From: Octopus sinensis | Taxonomy: Eukaryota | NCBI RefSeq assembly: GCF_006345805.1 | Contig: NC_043002.1 | Coordinates: forward strand, 9,424,001-9,488,000 | Direction of reading: 5' to 3' | Length of the DNA stretch: 64,000 nt | Part shown: positions 63,653 through 64,000 of the stretch, in pieces | Layout: each line of letters begins with the position of its first letter | Position numbering within the stretch: position 1 is the stretch's first letter | Notes under the pieces: model-generated | What the model saw: the letters and a program-made list of their open reading frames with translations, nothing else | Told to the model about the DNA's origin: nothing | The model's database searches: none | Translations under genes and position numbers: made by a program

Positions 63653-64000
63653 TTATTGAAAATATTGAAATTATTATTGAAAATCATGTTCTCTAATTAT
63701 TTTTTCTCCCTAATTCCAGAAATTCTATTGATTGCCTGTTGCTGCTTTGAATTATTTTACTTTCACCGTTTCTTACTGAGGTAAAAAAAAAAAAAGGAAA
63801 AGCAAAAGAGAAATGAAAGCTTATAGTTAATACTGAAATGCTGTAATGTTTAGCTTTCGAAGGAAAGAAGGTGAAGTTGTACGAAGCTTCAAACAAACTG
63901 ATGGATCAGTGATAAGATTTATTAAAATCGATGTCTGACATCAGCAGTCGGAAGAGGTAGTATGAAATAATAAGTTAGTTGCAGCTTCTCTTCAGCGGAT

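Noticed and set aside
63533-63784. Acidic D/G/E ORF resembling a protein tail
   Set aside because: Trinucleotide microsatellite without splice or domain support.

Overview
Eukaryotic, AT-rich, repeat-dense genomic DNA. The SINE and LINE families look like those of a coleoid cephalopod, probably Octopus (inference). One host gene is clearly supported: a spliced HMGB-family gene on the + strand with two HMG boxes and an acidic tail. It has 6 coding exons, join(35466-35469, 42938-43083, 43214-43324, 43430-43568, 43957-44063, 44188-44370), and encodes 229 aa. It sits downstream of a transposon-poor promoter region. The rest is nested and mostly decayed mobile DNA: RTE-type LINEs and many truncated (GAT)n-tailed 3' ends, Tx1/L1-like, CR1-like, R4/Dong-like and Penelope-like remnants, a Helitron fragment, maT/mariner remnants, MITEs, three tRNA-derived SINE families and microsatellites. 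The most notable observations are four. (1) A TSD-flanked, tRNA-headed element with a Penelope-style inverted arrangement carries two degenerate hammerhead-ribozyme motifs (58176-58902). (2) A PHD-type C4HC3 finger lies inside the RT region of an RTE family, seen in three copies. (3) An ORF1-only Tx1-like element is inserted into a SINE head. (4) Perfect or long fold-back hairpins lie in HMGB introns. Family names come from motif recognition, not database searches.
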